A stretch of DNA of 64,000 nt from Candidatus Bathyarchaeota archaeon. GTDB lineage: Archaea; Thermoproteota; Bathyarchaeia; TCS64. The notes under the pieces are model-generated. The model was not told where the DNA came from. It saw only the letters and a program-made list of their open reading frames with translations, and did no database searches. Position numbers and translations under genes: made by a program. Position 1 is the first letter of the stretch; each line of letters opens with the position of its first letter. Below, piece by piece: positions 1-9,647 of the stretch. Location of the stretch: the NCBI GenBank assembly GCA_963769425.1, contig CAVYLP010000003.1:288001-352000 (forward strand), read 5' to 3'.

Positions 1-85
1 CCACGTATGTCCCCAGCACCCCCTGGGCACCGTGGTATGGTGAGTCGATGAGGTAGACGGGGCCTAGAATCTGCTGGGTGAGCAT
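1..85 (-). CDS. N-terminus of probable MBL-fold metallo-hydrolase (runs off window)
   Basis: Manual translation MLTQQILGPVYLIDSPYHGAQGVLGTYV..., GGTGA SD upstream; resembles MBL-fold N-termini. Confidence 0.45.
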   Translation of the reverse strand, partial: MLTQQILGPVYLIDSPYHGAQGVLGTYV

Positions 86-110
86 ACTTCACCCATGCCT
101 CGTCGCGTTT

Positions 111-695
111 TTAATCCCTTCGAGTGTTGGACCAGGCGAAGGAGTTGACTATGGCGTTTAGGACGATGCTTGCGCCGATTATAATTATGAAGCCAGGGAG
201 CAGGGCGGAGCCACTTATGGACCCCTGCCCGTATAGCATGATCAAGTATGCTATGGCGAAGTTACCGAGGGCGCTGACCATGTTGCCGATTCCCCTCATC
301 ACCCGCCCGGAGGCCATCCTTAGCCCACCCTCGAGTATCCCCCAGGCGCCCATGATCACGAAGAAGAGGAAGATGGGCTGCGCCAGGATCAGTGGGAGCA
401 TGGTAGGGCCCGCGGTCCAGGTGCGGAACCAGGCAACGATCTCGTCCCAGACCCACGGGTACTGGAGGTACACCCACGCGATGGCAATGAGGAAGACGCC
501 GAACCCGACCCCGTTGAGGTAGTCGGGGCCGCGGTCGAGCCTCTCTACGCGATCCATGCGTCTCTCCCACCTGCGCTCCCACCGGCCCTCGAATGGCGGG
601 GTGGGGGGAACAGGCTCACCCATCTTGTGCCCGCACCTATCACAGAAAGCGGCGTCGTCGGGAAGCTCCTTACCACACTTCGGGCAGTAGATCAT
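111..695 (-). CDS. Zinc-ribbon domain membrane protein
   Basis: MIYCPKCG...FCDRCG zinc ribbon followed by ~4 hydrophobic helices; start placed at MIYC. Confidence 0.75.
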   Translation of the reverse strand: MIYCPKCGKELPDDAAFCDRCGHKMGEPVPPTPPFEGRWERRWERRMDRVERLDRGPDYLNGVGFGVFLIAIAWVYLQYPWVWDEIVAWFRTWTAGPTMLPLILAQPIFLFFVIMGAWGILEGGLRMASGRVMRGIGNMVSALGNFAIAYLIMLYGQGSISGSALLPGFIIIIGASIVLNAIVNSFAWSNTRRD

Positions 696-796
696 GCCAA
701 CCACTGAGATGCGAGGGTTTAGGGAGAGATATAAGGATAGGGAAAACCGTGCCAACCCATTTTAACCCGGCAAACCCACTAACCCCCTGAACAAAG

Positions 797-1741
797 ATGC
801 GCGTAGCCGTCACAGGGGGAGCGGGATACATAGGCTCCACGCTGATAAGGAATCTACTCGCCGAGAGGCACAGTGTCGCCTCCTTAGACAATCAAGCGAA
901 GGGGGACTACTGCCACCTACGCGACCTTAACGCAAAGAGCCTCACCTTAATCGAGGGGGATATAAGGAACGCCGGTGACCTCGACACGATCCTCAAAGGG
1001 GCCGACGCGGTGGTCCACATGGCGGCACTCTCCGACCTCGACGTCTGCAACGAAGACCCCGAGGAAGCGGTCTCTGTCAACATCTATGGCACCCACAAGG
1101 TGCTAGAAGCCGCCGAGCGAAACGGGGTTCGGAGGCTCATCTTCTGTAGCAGCGCGGCCATCTACGGCGTCCCCTCGAGCCTGCCCGTCACCGAGAGGCA
1201 CGCCCTCCACCCCCTCAACCTCTACGGCGTCACAAAGCTCGCGGGGGAGAAGCTCATCGACGCCCACCACGTGAACCATGGCCTTGAGACCGTCAACCTG
1301 AGGTTCGGAAACGTCTACGGCGTCGGACTCTACACGAGCTGGGTCGGCGTCATCCCCAAGTTCGTCGCCCTCGGCCTGGAGGGAAAGCCGCTCACAGTAT
1401 ACGGGGACGGCGAGAGCACCCGCGACTTCGTCCACGTCGAGGACATATCCAGGGCTATAACGTTGGGCCTGACGAAAGAGGGCATACGCAACGAGACCTT
1501 CAATATCGGCAGCGAGACCACTACGGTGAACAAGATAGCGAGCCTCGTCGCCTCGGAGATCGAGAAGGCCACTGGGAAGCGCCCAGAGGTCACCCACCTC
1601 CCCCCGCGACCCGGGGAGACCAAGGAGTTCAGCTACAACACATCCAAGATAGAGAGAGCCTTAGGATTCAAGCCCAAATGGAGACTCAGGGACGGTGTCA
1701 GGCAGATAATCGAGTACCGGTTGAAGAACCAGAAGCAGTGA
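797..1741 (+). CDS. NAD-dependent epimerase/dehydratase (GalE-like extended SDR)
   Basis: TGGAGYIG, YGVTK, GDGESTRDFVHV motifs. Confidence 0.9.
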   Translation: MRVAVTGGAGYIGSTLIRNLLAERHSVASLDNQAKGDYCHLRDLNAKSLTLIEGDIRNAGDLDTILKGADAVVHMAALSDLDVCNEDPEEAVSVNIYGTHKVLEAAERNGVRRLIFCSSAAIYGVPSSLPVTERHALHPLNLYGVTKLAGEKLIDAHHVNHGLETVNLRFGNVYGVGLYTSWVGVIPKFVALGLEGKPLTVYGDGESTRDFVHVEDISRAITLGLTKEGIRNETFNIGSETTTVNKIASLVASEIEKATGKRPEVTHLPPRPGETKEFSYNTSKIERALGFKPKWRLRDGVRQIIEYRLKNQKQ

Positions 1742-1750
1742 CGGCGGGGA

Positions 1751-1981
1751 CTACTCGAGGACCACCATCGTCAGAGTTGACCTGACGTGGTTGAGGCGCC
1801 TAACCTTGCTCGTTATGACGTCCTTGATCTCCTGCATCGTGGGGGCTTCCAGACGGACGACGAAGTCGTAGACCCCATAGACGCCATATACCTCCTTGAC
1901 CTCGGGTATCTCCTTCAGAGCCTTGCTGACATCGGTCCCCTCACCGAGATCAGTGTTGATCAAGACAAATGCAACGCTCAT
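1751..1981 (-). CDS. Stand-alone Lrp/AsnC ligand-binding (RAM) domain protein
   Basis: AFVLIN...VYGVYD...VRSTLTM; 76 aa with no HTH; paralog at 55413. Confidence 0.9.
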   Translation of the reverse strand: MSVAFVLINTDLGEGTDVSKALKEIPEVKEVYGVYGVYDFVVRLEAPTMQEIKDVITSKVRRLNHVRSTLTMVVLE

Positions 1982-2480
1982 GGATGAACCTCAAATGATC
2001 CCTCAACGGGAACTGATTTAACATTTTCTAGGGTTGAGACGTGCGGGAACATATTGTAAATACAGTCAGGCTATGATATTGCCATGTTCATGTTTCTAAC
2101 GATATAAAAGTAAGTCAAGACCATCAATCATCCAAAGCACCCTGAACCTAGACCCAATCCGACTGAATTTCCATCAGCCTTCTCCGGTAAGGTTGGTAAG
2201 TATGAATCGGCGCGTTTTTCAAGTCTCCCCCATGATGGTAGCATAGTATAAGCGTTTTACAGAATAGCTTAATGACTCCTCACCGGTCCTTTGCGATGAT
2301 TCATCTGAGATTGAGTTCACCCGTATGGGTATCGACTGGAGAAGTGGAGGTTCGTTGGGTGGAGTAACATGTTTGCTGGTTGGTCGCGTATGCCTCGCTG
2401 GTAGGAATAAGGAAAAACATCACTTTTTGCACCTGCCACTAGGAATCGAGACTCGTTACGCTAACCAACAGTTGGTCTGT

Positions 2481-2741
2481 GGTACACAGTAAGGGGGTAC
2501 AACGGTACCCGGTAGGAGGGTACTTGGTACCATGTAGGAGGGCACCGACGGTACCCAGTAGGGTGGTACCATGGTACCCTGTAGCGTGGAACCGGCGCAC
2601 GGGATCTGTGTAACATGGTACCATGTAGCAGGGAACTCGATACCACGTAGTATGGTATATGGTACCCTGTAGGGTGGTACGGGGGACCCATTAGGGGGGT
2701 ATAAGGTTTTTTCCACGTCTCGGTACCATGTAGCAGGGTAC
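2481..2741. repeat. Phased array of ~10 imperfect palindromic 20-mers, GGTACCmnGTAGnnkGGTAC, period ~22-23 bp
   Basis: Units start at 2481, 2504, 2526, 2550, 2573, 2617, 2639, 2661, 2683, 2722. Confidence 0.85.
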
Positions 2742-3197
2742 AGCGTGTTTTACGCCTCCTTTTGCTCTTCCTAGTGAAGATAAATCTTCGTTTGGAGGAG
2801 GACTGCTGAGACATTCAGGCTATGTGCGAGGCGGTCTGGGCCTCCTCTACTGGTGTCGTTCAAGATGGTTCTTTTCGCTCCCATGGCTAGTTGATGCCTT
2901 GCCTTGGGGCATGTAGAAAACTCATGGGATTTGCTCCTGCAGCAGGGAATATTGTGTGTAAGGATGGTGGTGAGCCGCTATGCTGGTATCCTTCTTTCTT
3001 CAGGGTAGGGGGTAGATGGATGGGGTATTCAACATGATTTCAAAGAGGAAACAGAAGCGTATACCGGCGACTTCTAATTTAACCTTGGAAAGTTGACTTT
3101 TACAGGTAAAAATCGGGGATTGTTCGTTTAGTGTCGAGAAACAATTCGACACAATTCTTAACCCAAACGCCGACGGAGGTCAACCTAGGCGTAGGGC

Positions 3198-4436
3198 TTG
3201 GGTCTGCATAGGGGAGTATCTATAGTCGGCGCGGGGATGACTAGATTTCACAACAGGCTCCACGTCGATAAGACGGGGAGGGAACTGTTCGTTGAGGCTG
3301 CACTCGACGCGGCTGGATCCGTTGACAATGGCTTCAGATTCAGAGACGCTGGAGCTCTCTTTGTCGGCAATTTCACGAGCGACGTCTTCGAGGGGCAGGC
3401 GCACACGGCCGCGGTGATGGCGGATTGGTTGGGCATTAACCCTACACCAGCTTATCGCATTGAGGACGCATGCGCGAGCTCGGGTGCTGCACTCAACCTC
3501 GGAGCCATTACAATCGCATCGGGGATGGCTGACGTCGTCATAGTCGGCGGCGTCGAGAAGATGAGTGGGCTCACCACAGATCAGGTCACGGACGCGCTCG
3601 CCCTCGCGGCTGACTCATCCTTCGAGACCTCCGTCGGCTTCACCTTCCCATCTATATACGCGGCGATAGCCTCGTCATACTTCAAGAAGTACAACGCCAC
3701 CTGGGACCAGCTTGCAGCTGTCACCATCAAAAACCACAAGAACGGTGTCCTCAACCCGAAGGCACAGTTCCAGTCAGACATTATTGCGACAGGAAAGAAG
3801 ATTGGAGAGAAGAGCGGCAGAAAATTTTCAGATGAGATGGAGTTCCTACGCTCGGATCTCAACCCCGTTATCGCCTCCCCGCTGAGGCTATTCGATTGTT
3901 GCCCTGTATCAGACGGCGCCGCCGTTGCGATCTTGGCAGCTGATGAGGTGTCGTGGAAGTATACGGATACGCCGGTTAAAATGATAGGGATGGGGCAGGC
4001 TAGCGACACAATCGCCCTGCACAGTAGGCCTGACTTCACCACCCTCAGGGCAGCCGTAAAAGCTTCAGAGGACGCCTACAAAATGGCGGGGGTTAAACCG
4101 AGGGCAATTCAAGTCGCTGACGTACACGACTGCTTCACCATAGCCGAGGTGGTCGCGACGGAGGACCTAGGATTTTTCCCCAAGGGACAAGGAGGAAAGG
4201 CGGTCGAGGAGGGCAGAACCGCAATAAACGGCGAGCTACCCATTAACCCAGACGGCGGCCTAAAAGCGAAGGGCCACCCCGTCGGCGCGACGGGCGTCGC
4301 CATGGCTCATGAAATGTTCAAGCAGCTACGCGGGCAGGCAGAACAACACCAAGTCAAGGGGGCCGAGTTGGGCCTCATCCACAACGTCGGAGCCGCGGGG
4401 GCGAGCGTCGCCGTCCAGATATACAGGAGGGGATGA
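3198..4436 (+). CDS. Acetyl-CoA acetyltransferase (archaeal SCP2-type thiolase)
   Basis: EDACASS, DCCPVSDGA, VHDCF, GGLKAKGHPVGATG motifs. Confidence 0.93.
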   Translation: MGLHRGVSIVGAGMTRFHNRLHVDKTGRELFVEAALDAAGSVDNGFRFRDAGALFVGNFTSDVFEGQAHTAAVMADWLGINPTPAYRIEDACASSGAALNLGAITIASGMADVVIVGGVEKMSGLTTDQVTDALALAADSSFETSVGFTFPSIYAAIASSYFKKYNATWDQLAAVTIKNHKNGVLNPKAQFQSDIIATGKKIGEKSGRKFSDEMEFLRSDLNPVIASPLRLFDCCPVSDGAAVAILAADEVSWKYTDTPVKMIGMGQASDTIALHSRPDFTTLRAAVKASEDAYKMAGVKPRAIQVADVHDCFTIAEVVATEDLGFFPKGQGGKAVEEGRTAINGELPINPDGGLKAKGHPVGATGVAMAHEMFKQLRGQAEQHQVKGAELGLIHNVGAAGASVAVQIYRRG

Positions 4437-4437
4437 G

Positions 4438-4827
4438 TTGAGCGAGTTCACCACGAAGGAGTTTAACGCATTCGTCGCCCAGGGCAAGCTCATGGGCAAC
4501 AGTTGCAAGACGTGCGGGGAGCTCCACCTTCCACCACGCCGGATATGCTCCAAATGCGGCTCCCAGCAACTTGAGTGGCACGAGTTCAAGGGCAAGGGTA
4601 CCCTTGAAGCGGTGACACTCAACAGGATGCCCTCCACCGCCTTCAAAGAGAGGTGCCCCTACGCAGTAGGAATCGTCAAGCTCGACGAGGGCCCATCAAT
4701 CTCCGGCCTAATGGTGGACAAAAATCCCGAAAAGTTGGCTGTTGGATCCAGAGCCGTCTTCACCGTCGTGAAGGACGGGGAGAAATCAATCCTCGCCTTC
4801 AAGACACTCAGGTCTGCTCGCCCGTGA
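4438..4827 (+). CDS. DUF35 Zn-ribbon/OB-fold thiolase partner
   Basis: CKTCG...PPRRICSKCGS, PYAVGIVKLDEG; directly after thiolase, TTG start. Confidence 0.9.
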   Translation: MSEFTTKEFNAFVAQGKLMGNSCKTCGELHLPPRRICSKCGSQQLEWHEFKGKGTLEAVTLNRMPSTAFKERCPYAVGIVKLDEGPSISGLMVDKNPEKLAVGSRAVFTVVKDGEKSILAFKTLRSARP

Positions 4828-6646
4828 AGGTGGGTTTCCGCTTCTCCTTGAAGGCTGAGACGCCCTCGCGGAAGTCCTTCGTCTCGAACAGTTTGGAGAA
4901 CTCCCCCGACTCGGCCTCGAGGTCTTCTTCCTCGACGTTTGGGTTCGTGAGCCTCTTCACTGCATCAATCACCGTAGGGGAGGCCGCGACCAGCTTAACC
5001 ACGAACTCGTCGACCTTAGCGTTGAACTCAGCAGCAGGGTAGACCTTGTCCACGAGTCCAATCTGCCTCGCCTCCTCAGCAGTCAGTGCCTCCCCAGTCA
5101 TGATGAGGAGCTTCGCCTTCTGTTTACCTACGAGCTTCGAGAGCATCTGCGTCCCACCCCAGCCTGGGATCACGCCGAGGTTCGCCTCGGGCTGCCCCAG
5201 CTTCGCCTTGTCACTGGCGACCCTGAAGTCGCACCAAGAGGCGAGCTCACATCCGCCGCCGAGGGCGAAGCCGTTTATCGCGGCAACCACCGGTTTCTTC
5301 GCCGCCTTGATCATCTTCATCGCCTTCTTACCCGCCCTCGTATAGACAAGGGCCTGAGCAGGCGTGAGCTTGCTTAACTCATCGATGTCCGCCCCGGCAG
5401 AGAAAGCGCGGTCCCCAGCGCCAGTGATGACGACGCATCGAATTGCCTTATCCGAGCCTGCCCTCTCGACGGCGTCGGCGACGGTGTTCAACATTTCCGT
5501 GGTTATGGAGTTGAGCTTCGAGGGGCGGTTGATCGTGATCTTTAGGACACCGTTCTTCGCCTCCGTGACGACAGGCTTCTCCTCCACAACACCCGCCTCT
5601 AGACGCGCCTTCAGCTCGAAGGGGCCCATCGGGAGATTGGCGCCCAGCTTAACGGCGAGGTCGATCGAGACAGGGTCCGCTATTCCCTCGGAGACGAGCC
5701 TCTCCGCCTCAGCGATGAACGGCTTAAGGAGGGTCGAGGGGTCGAAGCCCGCCGCCTGCTCTTCCCTGACCTCAGGCTTACCGTAGATGTAGAAGCCCTC
5801 CCCAGTCTTCCTGCCGAGCTTCCTCTCCTCGAAGAGCCTCCGGATCGGCTCCGCCGCCCTGTATCCAGCCCCAAGGTTCTCCTCGAAGACCCTGAGTATG
5901 TTATAGGTGATGTCGAGGCCGATGAGGTCTGCGAGCATGAAGGGGCCCATCGGCATCCCCGCCTTGTACTGCATCGCGGCGTCAACCTGCTCCTTAGTGT
6001 AACCCCTCTCGAGGAGCTTCGCCGACTCGTTCAGATAGGTGATGAGGACGCGGTTGACTATGAAGCCGGGGGCGTCCCTGCTGACCACGACGGGGGTCTT
6101 CCCGAGCCTCTCCGCCAGCGCCTTGATCGCCGCTATTGTTTCGGGCCTCGTCTTCGCCCCCGGGATGATCTCTACGAGCTTAAGGATCGTTGGCGGGTTG
6201 AAGAAGTGCATCCCCACGAATCTGCCCGGGTCGGAGACGACCGTCGACATCTCCGTGATGCTGAGGCTGCTAGTGTTCGTCGCTAGGATTGCGTCGCTGC
6301 GCGCGTTCCTGGAGACCTCCCCCCATACACTGTGCTTGACCTCCATCCTCTCCGGCACCGCCTCGACGACGACATCCGCATCCCTGACGGCGTCGGGTAG
6401 GCTGAGAGTCATCCCTATCCGCCCCATAATGGCGGGGACTTCCTCCTGCTTGAGGCGCCCCCTCTCGACGAGTCGAGCGAGGTTCTTCTCAATCCCCGCC
6501 TTAGCGTTGTCTAGGAAGCTCTGCTCCACGTCCCTGATGACGACACTTATCCCGGCCTGTGCCGCGATCTGTGCGATTCCATGCCCCATAACCCCGGCGC
6601 CGAGGACCGCGATCCTGCTGACCCCCTCAGGCTTCATATTAATCAA
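4808..6646 (-). CDS. 3-hydroxyacyl-CoA dehydrogenase / enoyl-CoA hydratase fusion
   Basis: GAGVMGHGIA, TNTSSL, GMHFFNP, PGFIVNR; C-terminal crotonase AFSAGAD, GGGCE, GQPE. Confidence 0.93.
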   Translation of the reverse strand: MINMKPEGVSRIAVLGAGVMGHGIAQIAAQAGISVVIRDVEQSFLDNAKAGIEKNLARLVERGRLKQEEVPAIMGRIGMTLSLPDAVRDADVVVEAVPERMEVKHSVWGEVSRNARSDAILATNTSSLSITEMSTVVSDPGRFVGMHFFNPPTILKLVEIIPGAKTRPETIAAIKALAERLGKTPVVVSRDAPGFIVNRVLITYLNESAKLLERGYTKEQVDAAMQYKAGMPMGPFMLADLIGLDITYNILRVFEENLGAGYRAAEPIRRLFEERKLGRKTGEGFYIYGKPEVREEQAAGFDPSTLLKPFIAEAERLVSEGIADPVSIDLAVKLGANLPMGPFELKARLEAGVVEEKPVVTEAKNGVLKITINRPSKLNSITTEMLNTVADAVERAGSDKAIRCVVITGAGDRAFSAGADIDELSKLTPAQALVYTRAGKKAMKMIKAAKKPVVAAINGFALGGGCELASWCDFRVASDKAKLGQPEANLGVIPGWGGTQMLSKLVGKQKAKLLIMTGEALTAEEARQIGLVDKVYPAAEFNAKVDEFVVKLVAASPTVIDAVKRLTNPNVEEEDLEAESGEFSKLFETKDFREGVSAFKEKRKPTFTGEQT

Positions 6647-6700
6647 GCAGTCTAGGGCTGATCACCTTAAAGCGTTTTCCGGGGACCCGAGGGGCGAAGG

Positions 6701-7774
6701 CTACCTGAATAAATGGAACCTGCTCCCGAACAGGAGCCCAACGAGGAACAGGACCACAATGCCGGTCAGACTCTGGATGATGAAGCTCTGCCTGTCACTC
6801 TGCGCCTTGGCTTCAAGCTGGGTGATGTTCTCCTGCTGGAGCTGATTCAGCTTCAGGACCTGGTCGAAGTCCTGCAGCAGGACGTTGTACTGCCCATTGA
6901 GGTTGGAGTAGTCCTGCTTCAGCTTGACATAGCTGTCAGCCGCTATCCCGGTGGAGTTCAGGTTCGTGTAGAGGAGGGCGACGAGCTTGGGCTGGTCGAA
7001 CTGGTAGTAGTTGAGGATTAGCTGGAGGGCGTTGACGTAGTCTCCTCGCGTCATCGTCGCGTTGATGCTGCCCACGATGTTGTTGAAGTAGTCTTTGCCG
7101 ATCTGCACCTGGGCGCTGTTGATGTTCTTCAGCTGCCCTATCTCGCTCTTTATGTCGAGGAACTTCCCCGCGAGGTACTCACGCTTTACGAAGTCCTGAA
7201 CATAGTAGTCGTTTCTCTGGGTCTTAATCATGACGCCCACCTGCAGCTGACGTCCTCCGTTCGCCTCGCGGTACGTCTGTACGAAGAGGTTGACCCTGAA
7301 GTAGAGCACCATGTCCTCGTCGGGCCTAACCCCGAATACCTCGTACCCCTTCGTGAGGTTGTAGGTGAAGACGTTGCTGAGTGTGCCGTTTATGGGCGGT
7401 ATCCTGAGGGAGTAGTAGTTGTCTATCTCCGTGTTGTTGAGGGACGTGATGTAGCTGATGGACTGCCCGTTGTAGAATATCCTCCCCTGCTTGCGCAGCT
7501 CGAAGGTAGTCTCCAGCGTGAAGTTGCCCGAGTACTTGACGTCTGGGATCGAGGCGTTTACGACCTGCCCCTCGTGAACGTCCACCCCGAGGTTCTGCAC
7601 TATAACCTGAAAAATACATCGGTCCCCCGAGGTAAGCTGGCTCAAGAATGGCTCGGGGGTGGTGATGACCGTGATCTTCGCCGGACTTGTAGGCGTATCG
7701 CTATGCACCAGCGTAGGGGTCATAGATAGCAGAACTATTAACAGTGTCAGGATGGCGAGCCTTTTTTGGGGCAT
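6701..7774 (-). CDS. Hypothetical surface protein (signal peptide, coiled coil, C-terminal TM anchor)
   Basis: Hydrophobic N-terminus, heptad Q/L-rich segment, C-terminal TM helix. Confidence 0.75.
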   Translation of the reverse strand: MPQKRLAILTLLIVLLSMTPTLVHSDTPTSPAKITVITTPEPFLSQLTSGDRCIFQVIVQNLGVDVHEGQVVNASIPDVKYSGNFTLETTFELRKQGRIFYNGQSISYITSLNNTEIDNYYSLRIPPINGTLSNVFTYNLTKGYEVFGVRPDEDMVLYFRVNLFVQTYREANGGRQLQVGVMIKTQRNDYYVQDFVKREYLAGKFLDIKSEIGQLKNINSAQVQIGKDYFNNIVGSINATMTRGDYVNALQLILNYYQFDQPKLVALLYTNLNSTGIAADSYVKLKQDYSNLNGQYNVLLQDFDQVLKLNQLQQENITQLEAKAQSDRQSFIIQSLTGIVVLFLVGLLFGSRFHLFR

Positions 7775-7903
7775 ACCAATATTCAGCGGATAGTGACTCT
7801 CTTAAAGGCTTGGTGGGGACCGTTCGTCGATTGTCGAAGTATTTTTCGACGTTCAACTGATAAGGATAAATGGGCGAAGAGCGTGGGGGGAGGCTGATTC
7901 AGG

Positions 7904-8692
7904 GTGACGAGGATAGCTGTCCTGGTCAAGGACATACCGGACCTAAACGAGGTGAAGATCGACGCGGCGACCCGCCGCCCACAGGTGGAGGGGGCGAAGA
8001 GGAGGCTAAACGACCTCGACAAGAGGGCGTTGGAGGCCGCCATAAGGCTCAAGGAGGCGGGCGGGGCCGAAGTGGTGACAGTCTCCGTAGGGGACGACAA
8101 GACCAGAACTTGTATCCTGGAGGCCCTCGCCATGGGCGCGGACGCCGCCTACCTAGTCTCCGACCCCACGCTGAGGGGCCTGGACGCGAACGCGACGAGC
8201 CGCGTGCTAGCGGCGGCCCTCACAAAGGCGGGTGCATTCGACGTGATCATCGCCGGCGAACTCGCCCTTGACGGAATGGGCTCACAGGTCGGGCCTCGCG
8301 TCGCGGAACTGCTGAACATTCCACAGGTCACCTACGCGAAGGAACTGAGGCTCGAGGCTGGAAAGTTCAGGGCGACCCGTGACCTCGAGGATATCGACGA
8401 GGTAGTGGAGGTGGAGCCCCCCTTCCTCGCCACCGTCGTCAGGGAGGTCAACGAGCCCCGCATCCCCAGCCTCATGAACATCATGAAGGCGAAGAAGAAG
8501 CCGCTGACGGAGTGGAACGCGGAGGCCCTCGGCGTCAAGACGGAGGACCTCAAGGCTTCGTCGAGGGTCGAGGTCAGTGACGTACAGGCCCCAGAGGTGA
8601 AGAGGAAACGCGTTGTGATCAAAGCGGAGAACGTTGAGGACGCTGTCGCGAAGCTCGTATCGGCCCTCACAGGGGACGGTGTCCTGGGGTGA
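7904..8692 (+). CDS. etfB: Electron transfer flavoprotein beta subunit
   Basis: ALAMGAD, DGMGSQVGP, NEPRIPSL motifs. Confidence 0.92.
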   Translation: MTRIAVLVKDIPDLNEVKIDAATRRPQVEGAKRRLNDLDKRALEAAIRLKEAGGAEVVTVSVGDDKTRTCILEALAMGADAAYLVSDPTLRGLDANATSRVLAAALTKAGAFDVIIAGELALDGMGSQVGPRVAELLNIPQVTYAKELRLEAGKFRATRDLEDIDEVVEVEPPFLATVVREVNEPRIPSLMNIMKAKKKPLTEWNAEALGVKTEDLKASSRVEVSDVQAPEVKRKRVVIKAENVEDAVAKLVSALTGDGVLG

Positions 8693-8697
8693 TAACC

Positions 8698-9612
8698 ATG
8701 AAGATGCTCGTCTACTCCGAGAACACCGAGCTATCCCTGCAGCTCCTCGGCAAGGCCCTCCAGCTATCGGTGGGAGGTGTCTCAGCGATGGCTGTTGGAT
8801 CGACTCAGGCCGAGGCTTTGGCCCAGTACGGGGTGAAGGTCTACGTCGTTAAGGATGGGGAGACGGACGTTGTGAAGGCGGCCCTACTGAAGGTGATAGC
8901 AAACGAGTCCCCCGACCTCGTCTTGGTCGGCTCGACGAAGAGGGGTAGGGAGCTCGCCCCAAGGGTCGCCGCGGCGCTGAACTCCGGATACTCCGGAGAC
9001 TGCTACGACATCCAGCCAACCGATGGCGGGTTCACGACGAAGCGGCTGACCTACGGTGGTGCAGTGGTCGCCACGGGCACCATCAGGGGTAAGCCAGCGA
9101 TCGTCGGAGTCCCAGCGAGGAGCTTTCAGAAGCCCGAGGCGCAGGGGACGCGTGGCGAGATAGTCGAGCTCGACGTCCCCGTGCCAGCGACCCGCATCAA
9201 GGTCGTCGAGACTAGGCAGAAGAGGACCAGCGACGCTGGGCTCGAGAACGCCAAGATCATAGTCTCCGCCGGCAGGGGCTTCAAGAAGAGGGAAGACCTC
9301 AGGCTCCTTGAGGACCTCGCCGCTGTGCTCGACGCAAAGATGGGGTGCAGCAGGCCCGTCTCCGCCGACCTTGGCTGGATGGACCAGTGGGTGGGGATAA
9401 GCGGGAAGAAGGTGGCGCCGCGCCTCTACGTTGCCTGTGGCATCTCGGGCACGATCCAGCACGCCGCTGGGATAAGGGACAGCCAAACCATCGTCAGCAT
9501 AAACATAGACGAGTCCGCGGGCATCCACGAGCTCAGTGACTACAGCATCGTGGGAGACATCTACACGGTCCTCCCGGCGCTGACGCGTGCCCTCCGGGAG
9601 AGGGCGGGGTAA
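8698..9612 (+). CDS. etfA: Electron transfer flavoprotein alpha subunit
   Basis: VSAGRG, GCSRPV, GISGTIQHAAGI motifs. Confidence 0.92.
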   Translation: MKMLVYSENTELSLQLLGKALQLSVGGVSAMAVGSTQAEALAQYGVKVYVVKDGETDVVKAALLKVIANESPDLVLVGSTKRGRELAPRVAAALNSGYSGDCYDIQPTDGGFTTKRLTYGGAVVATGTIRGKPAIVGVPARSFQKPEAQGTRGEIVELDVPVPATRIKVVETRQKRTSDAGLENAKIIVSAGRGFKKREDLRLLEDLAAVLDAKMGCSRPVSADLGWMDQWVGISGKKVAPRLYVACGISGTIQHAAGIRDSQTIVSINIDESAGIHELSDYSIVGDIYTVLPALTRALRERAG

Positions 9613-9647
9613 CTACCCTTTTCCCACCCGGCAACCATTCTCTACTC

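Noticed and set aside
2481-2741. CRISPR array
   Set aside because: Units are nearly contiguous (2-4 bp gaps), with no unique spacers and no cas genes.
2439-2814. ORFs over the GGTACC array (VPPY/GTMV-repeat peptides)
   Set aside because: All three minus-strand frames give low-complexity peptides and the repeat period is not a constant multiple of 3, so the signal is at DNA level.
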